DNA of 64,000 nucleotides, from contig CAVOXF010000003.1 of NCBI GenBank assembly GCA_963700375.1, forward strand, positions 13,079 to 77,078. The letters are read 5' to 3'. This document shows, in pieces, positions 1 to 9,552 of the stretch (the stretch's first letter is position 1; each line of letters starts with the position of its first letter). The notes below the pieces were generated by a model. That model was not told the origin of the DNA. It searched no databases and saw only the letters and a list, made by a program, of their open reading frames with translations. Position numbers and translations under genes: made by a program. This stretch comes from an uncultured Actinomycetota bacterium (GTDB lineage: Bacteria > Actinomycetota > Acidimicrobiia > Spongiisociales > UBA5794).

Positions 1-1314
1 GCAGACTGCGGGCCGGCGTACATCGGACTGCCACAGGACATCGCCGCCGAGGCATACGAGTACCCGACGAGCTTCTTCACGCCGCGGATTCACTACATCC
101 GCAGACCCGCGCCCGACCCCCGCGACGTCGAGCGGGCGGCCGAGGCATTGGCGGCGGCAGAGAATCCGCTCATCATCGCCGGCGGCGGTGTCCACTACTC
201 CGGGGCCGTGGCCGAACTGACCGCCTTCGCCGAGAAGCACGGGATCCCGGTCACCGAGACGGTGGCGGGCAAGGCCACCCTGCTCGCCGACCATCCGAAC
301 TTCGTTGGACCCATCGGTGTCACCGGCAGCACGTCGGCCAACGTCATGGCAGATGCGGCCGACGTCGTGGTTGCCGTTGGAACGCGCCTTCAGGATTTCA
401 CGACCGGTTCGTGGTCGATCTTCGGCAACGAGAAGATGACGCTTGTCTCGATCAACGTCGGACGCTTCGACGCAACGAAACACCAGGCGATCTCGGTGAT
501 CGGAGACGCGAAGGTCACGCTCAAGGCCCTCGACCAAGCCATCGGCGACTACCGCGCCTCCTCCTCTTGGATGGAGCTGGGAGCGACGGAGTTGGCCGGC
601 TGGAACGGATACCTCGACGAGTTCACGTCCGGCACGTTCGAGCCACCGACCTACGCTCAGGTCATCCGGGCGGTCAACGAGATCGGCGACCCGGACGACT
701 ACCAATTGAGCGCCGCCGGCGGCCTGCCGGGAGAACTCAACATGGGCTGGCGCTCGAAGTCGATCGGCTCGTTCGACGCCGAATACGGCTACTCCTGCAT
801 GGGCTATGAGATCGCCGGGGCGTGGGGTGCCAAGATGGCGCTGCCGGATCGCGATGTCGTGTCGTGGGTTGGTGACGGCTCGTACCTGATGATGAACTCC
901 GATATCTACTCGACCGTGATGACCGGCCACAAGGTGATCTTCATCCTCTGTGACAACGGCGGCTTCGCCGTGATCAACCGACTCCAGGTCAACACCGGCG
1001 GTGAGGAGTTCAACAACCTGTTGCATACCACCCGTCACGAGCGCATGTTCCGGGTCGACTTCGTCAAGCACGCCGAGTCGATGGGAGCCATCGCCGAGAG
1101 GGTCACGACGATCGACGAGTTCAAGGACGCGTTCGCACGTGCGAAGGCCGCCGACCGCAGTTCCGTGATCGTCATCGATGTCGCGCAGTATGACTGGACG
1201 GAGGGCGGAGCATGGTGGGAGGTCGGCATCCCAGAGGTCTCCGAGCGCTCGCAGGTCCTGATTGCCCGGGCGGAACTCGAGGCCGAGAAGAAGCTCCAAC
1301 GGCGCGGAGTGTGA
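1..1314 (+). CDS. iolD: IolD, 3D-(3,5/4)-trihydroxycyclohexane-1,2-dione acylhydrolase (TPP-dependent); 5-prime end lies outside window
   Basis: ORF 148..1314 has acetolactate-synthase-like TPP enzyme features (GDGSYLMMNSD...N thiamine-binding motif) and is open to position 1; immediately followed by iolC and iolB. Confidence 0.8.
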   Translation, partial: ADCGPAYIGLPQDIAAEAYEYPTSFFTPRIHYIRRPAPDPRDVERAAEALAAAENPLIIAGGGVHYSGAVAELTAFAEKHGIPVTETVAGKATLLADHPNFVGPIGVTGSTSANVMADAADVVVAVGTRLQDFTTGSWSIFGNEKMTLVSINVGRFDATKHQAISVIGDAKVTLKALDQAIGDYRASSSWMELGATELAGWNGYLDEFTSGTFEPPTYAQVIRAVNEIGDPDDYQLSAAGGLPGELNMGWRSKSIGSFDAEYGYSCMGYEIAGAWGAKMALPDRDVVSWVGDGSYLMMNSDIYSTVMTGHKVIFILCDNGGFAVINRLQVNTGGEEFNNLLHTTRHERMFRVDFVKHAESMGAIAERVTTIDEFKDAFARAKAADRSSVIVIDVAQYDWTEGGAWWEVGIPEVSERSQVLIARAELEAEKKLQRRGV

Positions 1315-1315
1315 T

Positions 1316-3229
1316 ATGGCCGCATCCTCCCCCACGCTCGATCTGATCTGCCTGGGGCGGGTCAATCTCGATCTCTACGCTGAGCAGGATGGGGCGCCGC
1401 TCGAGGACGTCCAGTCGTTCCGCAAATTCGTCGGCGGAAGCGCCGCGAACATCTGCATCGGGACCGCCCGCCTCGGACTCAACAGCGCGATGGTCGGGCG
1501 TGTCGGGAGCGAACAGATGGGCATCTTCGTCCGGAGAACGATCGAAGAAGCAGGTGCCGACGTGCAGCACCTGCACTTCGACCCGGACCGGTTGACTCCC
1601 ATCGTCACGGTCGGCGTGCGAGAGTCGGAAGGATTCCCGAGGATCTTCTTCTACGAGAACAGCGCCGACCTGGCCGCCGATGAGACGGACATCGATCCCC
1701 ACTACATCGCGTCGTCGAGAGCGCTGCTGATCACCGGCACGTTCCTCGCCCGGAGCAATCTCGAGGCAGCGACGAGCAAGGCACTGGCGGCCGCCACCGC
1801 GGCGGGCAGAAGGGTGGTGTTCGACATCGACTACCGGCCGGTCCTGTGGGGCCTCACCGATCACCGGACGGGTGGCGAGATGTTTGTCGCCAGCCCGGAG
1901 GTCACCGAGCGCATCCAGTCGGTGCTCGCGGCGTGCGACCTGATCGTCGGGACCGAGGAAGAGATACGCATCGCCGGAGGTTCCGACGACACGGCCGAAG
2001 CCGTTCGGACGATCCGGAGCCTCAGTGATGCCGTCATCGTCCTCAAGGTCGGCGCCCTCGGGTGCCTGATATTCGAAGGTCCGATCCCTGACGACCTCGA
2101 GGACGCGATCCACGGCCCGGGCGTACCCGTCGAGGTGTTCAACACCGTCGGCGCCGGCGATTCCTTCATGAGCGGTTTCCTGCGCGGCTGGCTCACCGGA
2201 GAGCCGCTCGAACGCTGCGCCGAACTCGCCAATGCGTGCGGTGCGCTGGTCGTGTCGCGCCACGGCTGTGCCCCGGCAATGGCGACGCTCGAGGAACTCG
2301 AGTACTTCCTGCCGAGGGTCGGCATTCTGCGCCGTCCACGCGAGGATGAATGGCTCGAGCACCTGCACCGGGTCACGACCCGGCGGGGCACACACGACGG
2401 CCTGTGCGTGCTGGCAATCGACCACCGCTGGCAACTCGAAGAGATGGCAGACGAGGCCGGCCAACCAAGGGACCGGATCCGGGACCTGAAACGACTGGTC
2501 GTCGAAGGGTTCCGGCGGGTCGCGGTCGACCGACCGGATGTTGGAATCCTGATCGACGACATCTACGGGCGGGAACTCATCGAGGAACTGACCGGTACGG
2601 GTGTCTGGATCAGTCGGGCGATCGAGGTGGCGAAGTCGATCCCGTTCAAGTTCGCGAGCGGACCAAACGTCGATGCAACGTTGCGCACGTGGCCGACCGA
2701 CCATGTCGCCAAGGTGATGGTGTACGCCCATCTCAACAACGACGAGCGAACCCGCATGACACACGAGCGCCGCCTCGAGCGGCTTGCCGACGCCTGTCAC
2801 GCGAACGATCGGGAACTGCTCATCGAGCTCCAGGCACCGCCGGGAACCAGCTACGACGAACGTGGCGTCACTCCGATCATCGAGTGGGTGTATTCAATCG
2901 GCGTACGACCCGACTGGTGGAAGCTGCCGCCGAATTCGGACCCTGCCGTGTGGGAGGCAATCGGCAACATCATCCGCCGACAGGATGCCCACTGTCGCGG
3001 CATCCTCGTGCTCGGCCAGGCCTCGGGACGTGACACCATCACGGCGGCGCTCGCCGCCGCGGCAACTGAACCGATGGTCAAGGGGTTCGCGGTCGGCCGA
3101 GGGATCTTCGCCGATCCGGCCCGGCGGTGGTTTGCCGGCGAGATGACCGACGCCGAGTTCGTCGACATCATTGCCAGCAACTACGCGGGGTTCATCAATA
3201 TCTGGGAACGAGAGAAGGATCGATCATGA
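1316..3229 (+). CDS. iolC: bifunctional 5-dehydro-2-deoxygluconokinase / 5-dehydro-2-deoxyphosphogluconate aldolase-like (IolC PfkB kinase fused to DUF2090/IolJ-like domain)
   Basis: N-terminal PfkB/ribokinase-like sugar kinase (DLICLGRVNLDLY..., GAGDSFMSGF motif) followed by a C-terminal roughly 300-aa domain; ATG at 1316 two nt after the iolD stop (the track ORF starts upstream at 1262 but overlaps iolD). Confidence 0.8.
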   Translation: MAASSPTLDLICLGRVNLDLYAEQDGAPLEDVQSFRKFVGGSAANICIGTARLGLNSAMVGRVGSEQMGIFVRRTIEEAGADVQHLHFDPDRLTPIVTVGVRESEGFPRIFFYENSADLAADETDIDPHYIASSRALLITGTFLARSNLEAATSKALAAATAAGRRVVFDIDYRPVLWGLTDHRTGGEMFVASPEVTERIQSVLAACDLIVGTEEEIRIAGGSDDTAEAVRTIRSLSDAVIVLKVGALGCLIFEGPIPDDLEDAIHGPGVPVEVFNTVGAGDSFMSGFLRGWLTGEPLERCAELANACGALVVSRHGCAPAMATLEELEYFLPRVGILRRPREDEWLEHLHRVTTRRGTHDGLCVLAIDHRWQLEEMADEAGQPRDRIRDLKRLVVEGFRRVAVDRPDVGILIDDIYGRELIEELTGTGVWISRAIEVAKSIPFKFASGPNVDATLRTWPTDHVAKVMVYAHLNNDERTRMTHERRLERLADACHANDRELLIELQAPPGTSYDERGVTPIIEWVYSIGVRPDWWKLPPNSDPAVWEAIGNIIRRQDAHCRGILVLGQASGRDTITAALAAAATEPMVKGFAVGRGIFADPARRWFAGEMTDAEFVDIIASNYAGFINIWEREKDRS

Positions 3230-4107
3230 GTCATACCAACGACGATCTCCTCCGGCCTGCCGGGACACTGGCCGACGGCGAGGATTCCGTGATGATCACG
3301 CCGGAGGCCGCAGGCTGGACCTACTGCGGGTTGCGTGTCTTGAATCTGGCACCGGGTGAGTCACGAACCTTTGTCACCGGTTCGAACGAGATGGCGATCC
3401 TCCCCTTGAGCGGATCGTGTGTCGTCGAAGCGGACGGCCACCGATTCGATCTCGAAGGCCGGGCGTCGGTGTTCAGCCGCGTCAGCGACTTCGCGTATGT
3501 GCCGATCGATGCCGAGTTCCGGATCACGTCACGCGCAGGCGGCGAGTTCGCTCTCCCGATGGCCAAGGCGACCGAGCGTATGGAACCCGTCTACGGACCG
3601 GCCGACGAGGTCTCGGTGGTCGTCCGCGGAGCCGGCTCGTCGTCGCGGCAGATCACGAACTTCCTGATGGCCGGCGTTCCGATGGCGCAGAAGCTGCTGG
3701 CGGTCGAGGTGATCACCCCCTCCGGCAACTTCTCGTCGTATCCGCCACACAAGCACGACGTCTTCGACCCCGACGCACCAGAGGTCGAGTTGGAGGAAAT
3801 CTACTACTTCCGGTTCGATCGACCAGATGGATACGGGTTCTTCCGGGAGTGGACCGTCGACGGAGAGTTCGATGCTCTCATGCGGGTTCAGGACCGGGAT
3901 GTAGCGTACTGCCCACGCGGATACCACGGTCCGTCGATTGCTGTGCCGGGGCACCACATGTACTTCCTCAACGTGATGGCCGGACCCGGCACCGATCGGA
4001 TATGGGAGGCATCCGATGACCCGGACCACGCATGGATCAAGGACACGTGGGAGGATCTCGAACAGGACCCGAGGCTTCCGCTCACCACCTACGAAGGGGT
4101 GGTGTAG
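3226..4107 (+). CDS. iolB: 5-deoxy-glucuronate isomerase IolB
   Basis: MSHTNDDLL start overlapping the iolC stop (ATGA); KduI/IolB cupin-like sequence; position inside the iol cluster. Confidence 0.8.
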   Translation: MSHTNDDLLRPAGTLADGEDSVMITPEAAGWTYCGLRVLNLAPGESRTFVTGSNEMAILPLSGSCVVEADGHRFDLEGRASVFSRVSDFAYVPIDAEFRITSRAGGEFALPMAKATERMEPVYGPADEVSVVVRGAGSSSRQITNFLMAGVPMAQKLLAVEVITPSGNFSSYPPHKHDVFDPDAPEVELEEIYYFRFDRPDGYGFFREWTVDGEFDALMRVQDRDVAYCPRGYHGPSIAVPGHHMYFLNVMAGPGTDRIWEASDDPDHAWIKDTWEDLEQDPRLPLTTYEGVV

Positions 4108-4110
4108 GTC

Positions 4111-5115
4111 ATGGTACGCGTCGGAGTTGTTGGAGCCGGTCGCCTCGGCTCCTTTCATGCTCGAACGCTGGCCGATCACACCTCGGTGACCGAGGTTGTC
4201 GTCACCGACCCGCTCCTTGAACGCGCCGAAGCTCTAGCCGTCGACGTCGGAGGAAACGTCGCTCCCGACGCCCAATCGATGCTCGGCAGCATCGACGCGA
4301 TGGTCGTCGCCGCCGCCACCAACGTCCATGCCGAGATGATTCTGCTTGCTGCAGATGCCGGCATCCCGATATTCTGCGAAAAGCCGATCACGCTTGACCT
4401 GGAATCGACCGATGAGGCCGTCGCGCTCGTCCAGACGGCCGAGATACCGCTTCAGGTGGGATTCCAGCGACGTTTCGACGCCGGGTATCGCGCCGCTCGA
4501 GACATGGCCCGCGCAGGTGAGTTCGGTGAGATCTACCTGGTCCGCGCGACCAGCCTCGATCCCGCTCCTTCCCCCGAGCCGTTCGTTCGTACGTCGGGTG
4601 GTCTCTTCCTTGACTTCCTCATTCACGATTTCGACGCCATCCGGTTCGTGACCGGTCAGGAGATCGAAGAAGTGTTCGCGGTGGGAACCGCCGGATTCCC
4701 GGCGTTTGATGTCTACGCGCGGAACGACGACGAGGGAATCGCTGTTGGCACCCTGCGCCTCAGTGGCGGAGCGCAGGCCTCGTTCGAAGCAACGCGCCAC
4801 AACCCGAGTGGGTACGACGTTCGCATGGAGATCCACGGCTCGTCCGGCGGGATCGCCGTGGGGTGGGACAACCGCATGCCGCTTGCGCCGATCTCGCTGG
4901 AGGCACCGCATCCGCCGGGTCCCCCGTACCGCGATTTCCTCGATCGTTTCGCGCCGGCCTACCGGGCCGAGATGTCGGCCTTCGTCGACCTCGTTCTCGG
5001 CCGCGCTCCGAATCCGTGCCCTCCGGAAGATGCTCGGGCCGCATTCGTCGCAGCACTGGCTGCGGGTCGCTCGGTGGCCGAAGGTCGGCCAGTCCTGATC
5101 TCCGAATTCGAATGA
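4111..5115 (+). CDS. iolG: Gfo/Idh/MocA family oxidoreductase, probable inositol 2-dehydrogenase
   Basis: N-terminal Rossmann VGVVGAGRLGSFHA and EKP motif typical of Gfo/Idh/MocA; cluster context suggests IolG but specificity is inferred. Confidence 0.6.
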   Translation: MVRVGVVGAGRLGSFHARTLADHTSVTEVVVTDPLLERAEALAVDVGGNVAPDAQSMLGSIDAMVVAAATNVHAEMILLAADAGIPIFCEKPITLDLESTDEAVALVQTAEIPLQVGFQRRFDAGYRAARDMARAGEFGEIYLVRATSLDPAPSPEPFVRTSGGLFLDFLIHDFDAIRFVTGQEIEEVFAVGTAGFPAFDVYARNDDEGIAVGTLRLSGGAQASFEATRHNPSGYDVRMEIHGSSGGIAVGWDNRMPLAPISLEAPHPPGPPYRDFLDRFAPAYRAEMSAFVDLVLGRAPNPCPPEDARAAFVAALAAGRSVAEGRPVLISEFE

Positions 5116-5116
5116 C

Positions 5117-5911
5117 ATGAGGAACCACGTGAGACGTGACTTCGAAGGCAGGGTCGCAATTGTCACCGGTTCAACGCAGGGACTCGGGGAGGCCATCGTC
5201 CGCGAGTTGGTCGCTCGCGGCGCCGTCGGTGTCGTGATCACCGGGCGTGACGCCGAGCGCGGTGCAGCCGTGGTCCGAGACGTCGACGCTTCCGGGAGTC
5301 GGGGTCTGTTCGTGGCGGCCGACCTCGCCGACCCTGATGCCCCTGGCCAGATCATCACGGCCGCCGACGAAGCGTTCGGCCGCGTCGACGTTCTGGTCAA
5401 CAGCGCCGGGTTCACCGAGCGAGACAGCATCTGGGACTCGACGCTCGATCACTTCGACCGGATAGTGGCGGTCAACACCAGGGCCCCCTGGTTCCTCATG
5501 CAGGGGGCAGCCAAGATCATGGTTCGTGAGGGGATCGCAGGAACGATGGTGAACGTGCTCTCCATCGCCTTGCACGGCGGACCGCCGTTCCTCGCTTCCT
5601 ATTGCGCATCGAAGTCGGCGCTCGCGACATTCACCAAGAACACAGCCAACGCGCTACTCGAGCACCGCATCCGGGTGAACGCTCTGAACCCCGGTTGGAT
5701 GTCGACGCCGGCGGAGGACGACATCCAGCGCCGCTTCCACGATGCCGAGGACGGCTGGCAGGAAGCAGCCGGCGAGCGACTGCCGTTCGGTCGGTTGATC
5801 GACCCCGACGACGCCGCACGAGCGGTGCTGTTCCTTGCCTCAGGCGACTCCGGGTTCATGACCGGAGCCATCGTCGACTACGACCAGCAGGTCATCGGGA
5901 CCTCGGACTGA
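5117..5911 (+). CDS. SDR family NAD(P)-dependent oxidoreductase
   Basis: TGSTQGLG glycine-rich motif, NSAG, and YCASK (YxxxK) catalytic motif. Confidence 0.8.
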   Translation: MRNHVRRDFEGRVAIVTGSTQGLGEAIVRELVARGAVGVVITGRDAERGAAVVRDVDASGSRGLFVAADLADPDAPGQIITAADEAFGRVDVLVNSAGFTERDSIWDSTLDHFDRIVAVNTRAPWFLMQGAAKIMVREGIAGTMVNVLSIALHGGPPFLASYCASKSALATFTKNTANALLEHRIRVNALNPGWMSTPAEDDIQRRFHDAEDGWQEAAGERLPFGRLIDPDDAARAVLFLASGDSGFMTGAIVDYDQQVIGTSD

Positions 5912-6026
5912 TGAGGCACTCCGGCACGCCGACAGCACGCGGGACACCCGCTTCGACCATCCACCGCGGACAGCGTCCTTCAACACGGCGATCGATACCC
6001 TCACGGCTTCCGCCAGAGGCCACCGG

Positions 6027-7028
6027 ATGAGTCGCCCCACCATTCTCGATGTCGCCGATCGCGCGGGCGTGTCCAAGTCGCTCGTCTCGCTCGTGATGCA
6101 GGGATCGCCACACGTCAGCGATGACAAGCGTGCCGACGTCCTCGAGGCGGCCCGCGAACTCGGCTACCGGCCGAACACGATGGCGCGCAGCCTCGTGCAG
6201 CAGCGGTCCTACGTCCTCGGCGTCATGCTCTCGAACCTCCACAATCCGTTCTTCGCCGACGTAGTCGACGGGATCGAAGACCGGGCTCTCCAAGCCGGAT
6301 ACACGGCGCTCTTCAACAGCGGCCGCCGAGTCCCCGAGCGGGAGGAGGTCGCCCTCGAGACCCTCCTCGGATTGCAGACCGACGGGCTGATCCTGGCGGG
6401 TACGCTCCTCGACCTCAAGACGATCGACGCGGCCGGCGAGGAGGTCCCGACCGTCCTGATCACGCGAGACGTCAAGTCGAAGGTCGTCGACAGCGTGAGC
6501 GGAGACGACCGCAAAGGGGCGCGCGTCGCCGTCGACTACCTCGTCTCACTCGGCCACACGCGGATCGCCCATATCGACGGCGGTCGCGGGGCGGGGGCCA
6601 AGCGCCGCAAGGCCGGGTTCGTCAAGGCCATGGAGGCACACGGCCTCGAGCCAATCACCGTCCCGGGCAACTACGCGGAGGAAGGTGGGATGATCGGGAT
6701 CGAGCGACTCATCGAGATCGGGGCCAATCCGACCGCCATCTTCGCTGCCAACGACCTCGCCGCCATCGGGGTCCTGCAGGCGCTCTTCGAGGCCGGCCGC
6801 ACGGTCCCGGATGATGTCTCGTTGATCGGATATGACAACGCCTGGCTCGCCGGACTCCAGCACATCTCGCTCACAACGGTCGACCAGCCGCGCCACGAAA
6901 TCGGGGTGACAGCCGTCGAACTGCTCATCGAACGGATCGACGGGGGTCGTACGACGCCGAGGCATCTGGTTCTCTCCCCGACGCTGGTCGAGCGATCCAC
7001 CACGGCCCCACCCTCCCGCGGCCTCTAA
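6027..7028 (+). CDS. LacI family transcriptional regulator (candidate repressor of the iol cluster)
   Basis: N-terminal HTH (TILDVADRAGVSKSLVSLVM) and periplasmic-binding-protein-like sugar-binding domain. Confidence 0.8.
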   Translation: MSRPTILDVADRAGVSKSLVSLVMQGSPHVSDDKRADVLEAARELGYRPNTMARSLVQQRSYVLGVMLSNLHNPFFADVVDGIEDRALQAGYTALFNSGRRVPEREEVALETLLGLQTDGLILAGTLLDLKTIDAAGEEVPTVLITRDVKSKVVDSVSGDDRKGARVAVDYLVSLGHTRIAHIDGGRGAGAKRRKAGFVKAMEAHGLEPITVPGNYAEEGGMIGIERLIEIGANPTAIFAANDLAAIGVLQALFEAGRTVPDDVSLIGYDNAWLAGLQHISLTTVDQPRHEIGVTAVELLIERIDGGRTTPRHLVLSPTLVERSTTAPPSRGL

Positions 7029-7160
7029 CGCTGCGAACCCAGGGTTCTCGGCTTTCTATTTGGCGCCGTGAGCCCACAGAATGGAGCCGGCCTACCGATC
7101 CCACGATTCCGCGGGCCGTCGGCGTCACATACGATGCGGAGAACCCTGGGTTCGCAGCGT
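7029..7160. repeat. structured intergenic repeat family 1, copy 1 (about 130 bp, 21-bp perfect terminal inverted repeats CGCTGCGAACCCAGGGTTCTC / GAGAACCCTGGGTTCGCAGCG, nested inner stem, variable loop)
   Basis: near-identical copies at 24397..24526 and, inverted, at 63488..63625; starts directly after the LacI-type gene stop and overlaps the last about 12 codons of the minus-strand oxidoreductase. Confidence 0.8.
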
Positions 7161-8153
7161 GACCGGTGATCCGGTGGAGGCCGCCTCTTGGACCGCTCGA
7201 CCGAGCATGACGGCGCGGGTGCTCGCCGTGGCGCCGGGCCCGTGCGAAATCCCTCCGCGAACGGCCTCCGCGAATGCCTCCGCCTGGCGGACGATTCCCT
7301 CGATGAAGGCATCGTCGGTCTCCGAACCGGGGACGACCTCGATACCAGACGCTGTGGCGAGCCGCGTCCTGCCGACCGGGAGAAGATCGATGAACACAGC
7401 CCCTTCTTCCCCGAGAACCTCGGTCCGCACATCGTCCGCGTATCGGCAGTTGCGCGTCAGGTCCACGGTCGCAACAGCGCCGCCTTCGAGGCCGAGGACG
7501 GCGACAAGGTTGTCGACATCCCCTGCCGCTCCGATCGCCTGGTCGACAAGTGGCAGGTTCCAGGCTGCAACCGTCTTGACCGGCAACCCCGTCAGCCACT
7601 CGACCAGATCGAACTCGTGGACACCGCAGTCGATGGCCAGCCCGCCACTCACCTGCGGGTCGCAGAACTCCGGCGGCGGCGGGTCGGCATCCCACTGGGC
7701 GAGGCGCAACATGAGAGGGCGGCCGATCGATCCGGAATCGATCACCCGCTTCGCTGCCGCCCAAGGCGGCGAGAATCTTCTCCAGAAACCGAGCTGGAGC
7801 ACCCGGCCCGCCGCAGCGGCGAGCGACCCGATCGCCTCGCTCTCGGCCGTATCCAGAGCAAGCGGCTTTTCACACAAGACGTGGAGACCGGCCTCGAGCG
7901 CCGTCGCGACCACGGCGGGGTGTGTCGCTGTGGGAGTTGCGACCAGCCACGCCTCGACGTCGTCGCGTTCCAGCAACGCGGCAGTCGACGTGTAGGCCGA
8001 TGCGCCGATCTCTCCTGCGACAAGACCGGCCACGTCTGCGGCGGAATCGACCACGGCCGTGACATCGATGGATACGCATTCAGCGATAGAGCGGGCATGG
8101 ATCGCCCCCATCCGCCCGACACCGACGACGGCCAGCTGCAGTGGTTCGCTCAC
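7125..8153 (-). CDS. Gfo/Idh/MocA family oxidoreductase (second inositol-dehydrogenase-like gene)
   Basis: LAVVGVGRMGAIHARS Rossmann fold and EKP motif; C-terminal about 12 residues are encoded inside repeat copy 1. Confidence 0.75.
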   Translation of the reverse strand: MSEPLQLAVVGVGRMGAIHARSIAECVSIDVTAVVDSAADVAGLVAGEIGASAYTSTAALLERDDVEAWLVATPTATHPAVVATALEAGLHVLCEKPLALDTAESEAIGSLAAAAGRVLQLGFWRRFSPPWAAAKRVIDSGSIGRPLMLRLAQWDADPPPPEFCDPQVSGGLAIDCGVHEFDLVEWLTGLPVKTVAAWNLPLVDQAIGAAGDVDNLVAVLGLEGGAVATVDLTRNCRYADDVRTEVLGEEGAVFIDLLPVGRTRLATASGIEVVPGSETDDAFIEGIVRQAEAFAEAVRGGISHGPGATASTRAVMLGRAVQEAASTGSPVTLRTQGSPHRM

Positions 8154-8191
8154 GATCTGATCCTATTCGATCTGCTCCGGCGGTCCGCCGT

Positions 8192-9463
8192 TCAGCTCGA
8201 ATCGGACGAACCGGCGCCTCCGCCATCGTCCCGGGCATCGGCCAGCAGGGGAGCGGCCGTCGACGATCGCGGCGGCAAGTTGACGAACTTCTGCTGCTCG
8301 GGGCGGACCCTCTGGACCATACGCACCACCGAGTAGGCGGCGATCGGCACGAAGAACGCCGAAAGGCTCCAGAGGAAGCCGTCGGGGCCGATGACCGCCA
8401 TCGCCACAGAGGTCACGAGCGGGCCGACAATCGATCCGACACCGTAGACGAACATGATTCCCCCCGCGGCGGCGACCAGCTTGTGCTCGGGGAGCAGATC
8501 GTTGATCTGAGATACGGCGAGCGAGTACATCGGGAACGCAAGACTCCCGTATGTAGCCATGACCACGAACAGCCAGGGGCTCCCGGGGTCGACGATCGTG
8601 CCGACCGCCGCAACGACGACCGCCCCCACCGCAACCGCCAGGATCACCCTCCGGCGCGGAAATCGATCCGAGAGATACCCGAGCGGAAACTGCGTCACCA
8701 GCGAGCCGACAAGCGACGCAGCCATGAAGACTCCGACCCGACCCGGAGCCATCCCGATCCTGGTGGCGTAGAAGGCTCCGAACGCGAAGATCGCACCACC
8801 GGAGGCGCCGGCGAGTCCGACCGCCACAACACCGAGCGGCGCAGTTCGCGTCAGCGAACCCACCGAGACGTGCACCGGCCCGATCCCGCGTGGAGCGGGG
8901 ATCTCCATCAGAGCGAGCGGCACTACCGCGAGTGAGATCAGAATGCCGGCGACGATGAACAGCGTCGTCTCCAGCGGATCGGCCGCGCCCAGCAGCAACT
9001 GCCCTAGCCCCAGTCCAAGTGTCACCACCACCATATAGATCGACAGGAGGCGGCCCCGCGTCTCGTTGGTCGCCCTTGCGTTGAGCCAACTCTCCACCGT
9101 GACGTACAGCCCCGACATGCACAGTCCTGCAATGAATCGGAGCACCCCCCATGAAATCGGGTTGACGAAGAGCGCGTAGGCAAGCGCGGTTGCCGCGGAG
9201 AGCGCCGCAAGACCGGCGAAGACCCTGATGTGACCGACGTTGGCAATCCATCGCGGGATCGTCAGCGAGCCGACGAGGAAGCCGCCGTAGTAGGAGGACA
9301 TGACAACGCCGGCGACGATGGTCGGGAATCCCTCGAGGTCGGCGCGAATACCGAGCAGCGAACCGACGAGTCCGTTGCCGACCATAAGTAGGGCAAGAGC
9401 GAGGAAGAGCGGGAGGACCGTTGCTGCGGCGCTGCGACCGCGCGGATTCGGAGTTGCAGTCAT
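8192..9463 (-). CDS. MFS transporter
   Basis: 12-TM-like hydrophobic profile; start ATG at 9463 (MTATPNPRG); the longer 9517 start is less likely. Confidence 0.8.
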   Translation of the reverse strand: MTATPNPRGRSAAATVLPLFLALALLMVGNGLVGSLLGIRADLEGFPTIVAGVVMSSYYGGFLVGSLTIPRWIANVGHIRVFAGLAALSAATALAYALFVNPISWGVLRFIAGLCMSGLYVTVESWLNARATNETRGRLLSIYMVVVTLGLGLGQLLLGAADPLETTLFIVAGILISLAVVPLALMEIPAPRGIGPVHVSVGSLTRTAPLGVVAVGLAGASGGAIFAFGAFYATRIGMAPGRVGVFMAASLVGSLVTQFPLGYLSDRFPRRRVILAVAVGAVVVAAVGTIVDPGSPWLFVVMATYGSLAFPMYSLAVSQINDLLPEHKLVAAAGGIMFVYGVGSIVGPLVTSVAMAVIGPDGFLWSLSAFFVPIAAYSVVRMVQRVRPEQQKFVNLPPRSSTAAPLLADARDDGGGAGSSDSS

Positions 9464-9552
9464 GGAATCGTCCGGCCTCACCTCAAGAGTTGCAGGCCGG
9501 AGGCTACCGGCCCACAACGTACCTCGGGCGAGTCAACCCGAAGGCAATCGGG

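Noticed and set aside
1172-2800. 542-aa ORF on the minus strand
   Set aside because: Antisense to iolC with an Arg/Pro/Gly-rich low-complexity translation typical of a wrong frame in high-GC DNA; no domain resemblance.
7188-8336. 382-aa plus-strand ORF overlapping the oxidoreductase gene
   Set aside because: Antisense shadow ORF; translation is Arg/Asp-rich junk, and the minus-strand frame has clear Gfo/Idh/MocA motifs.
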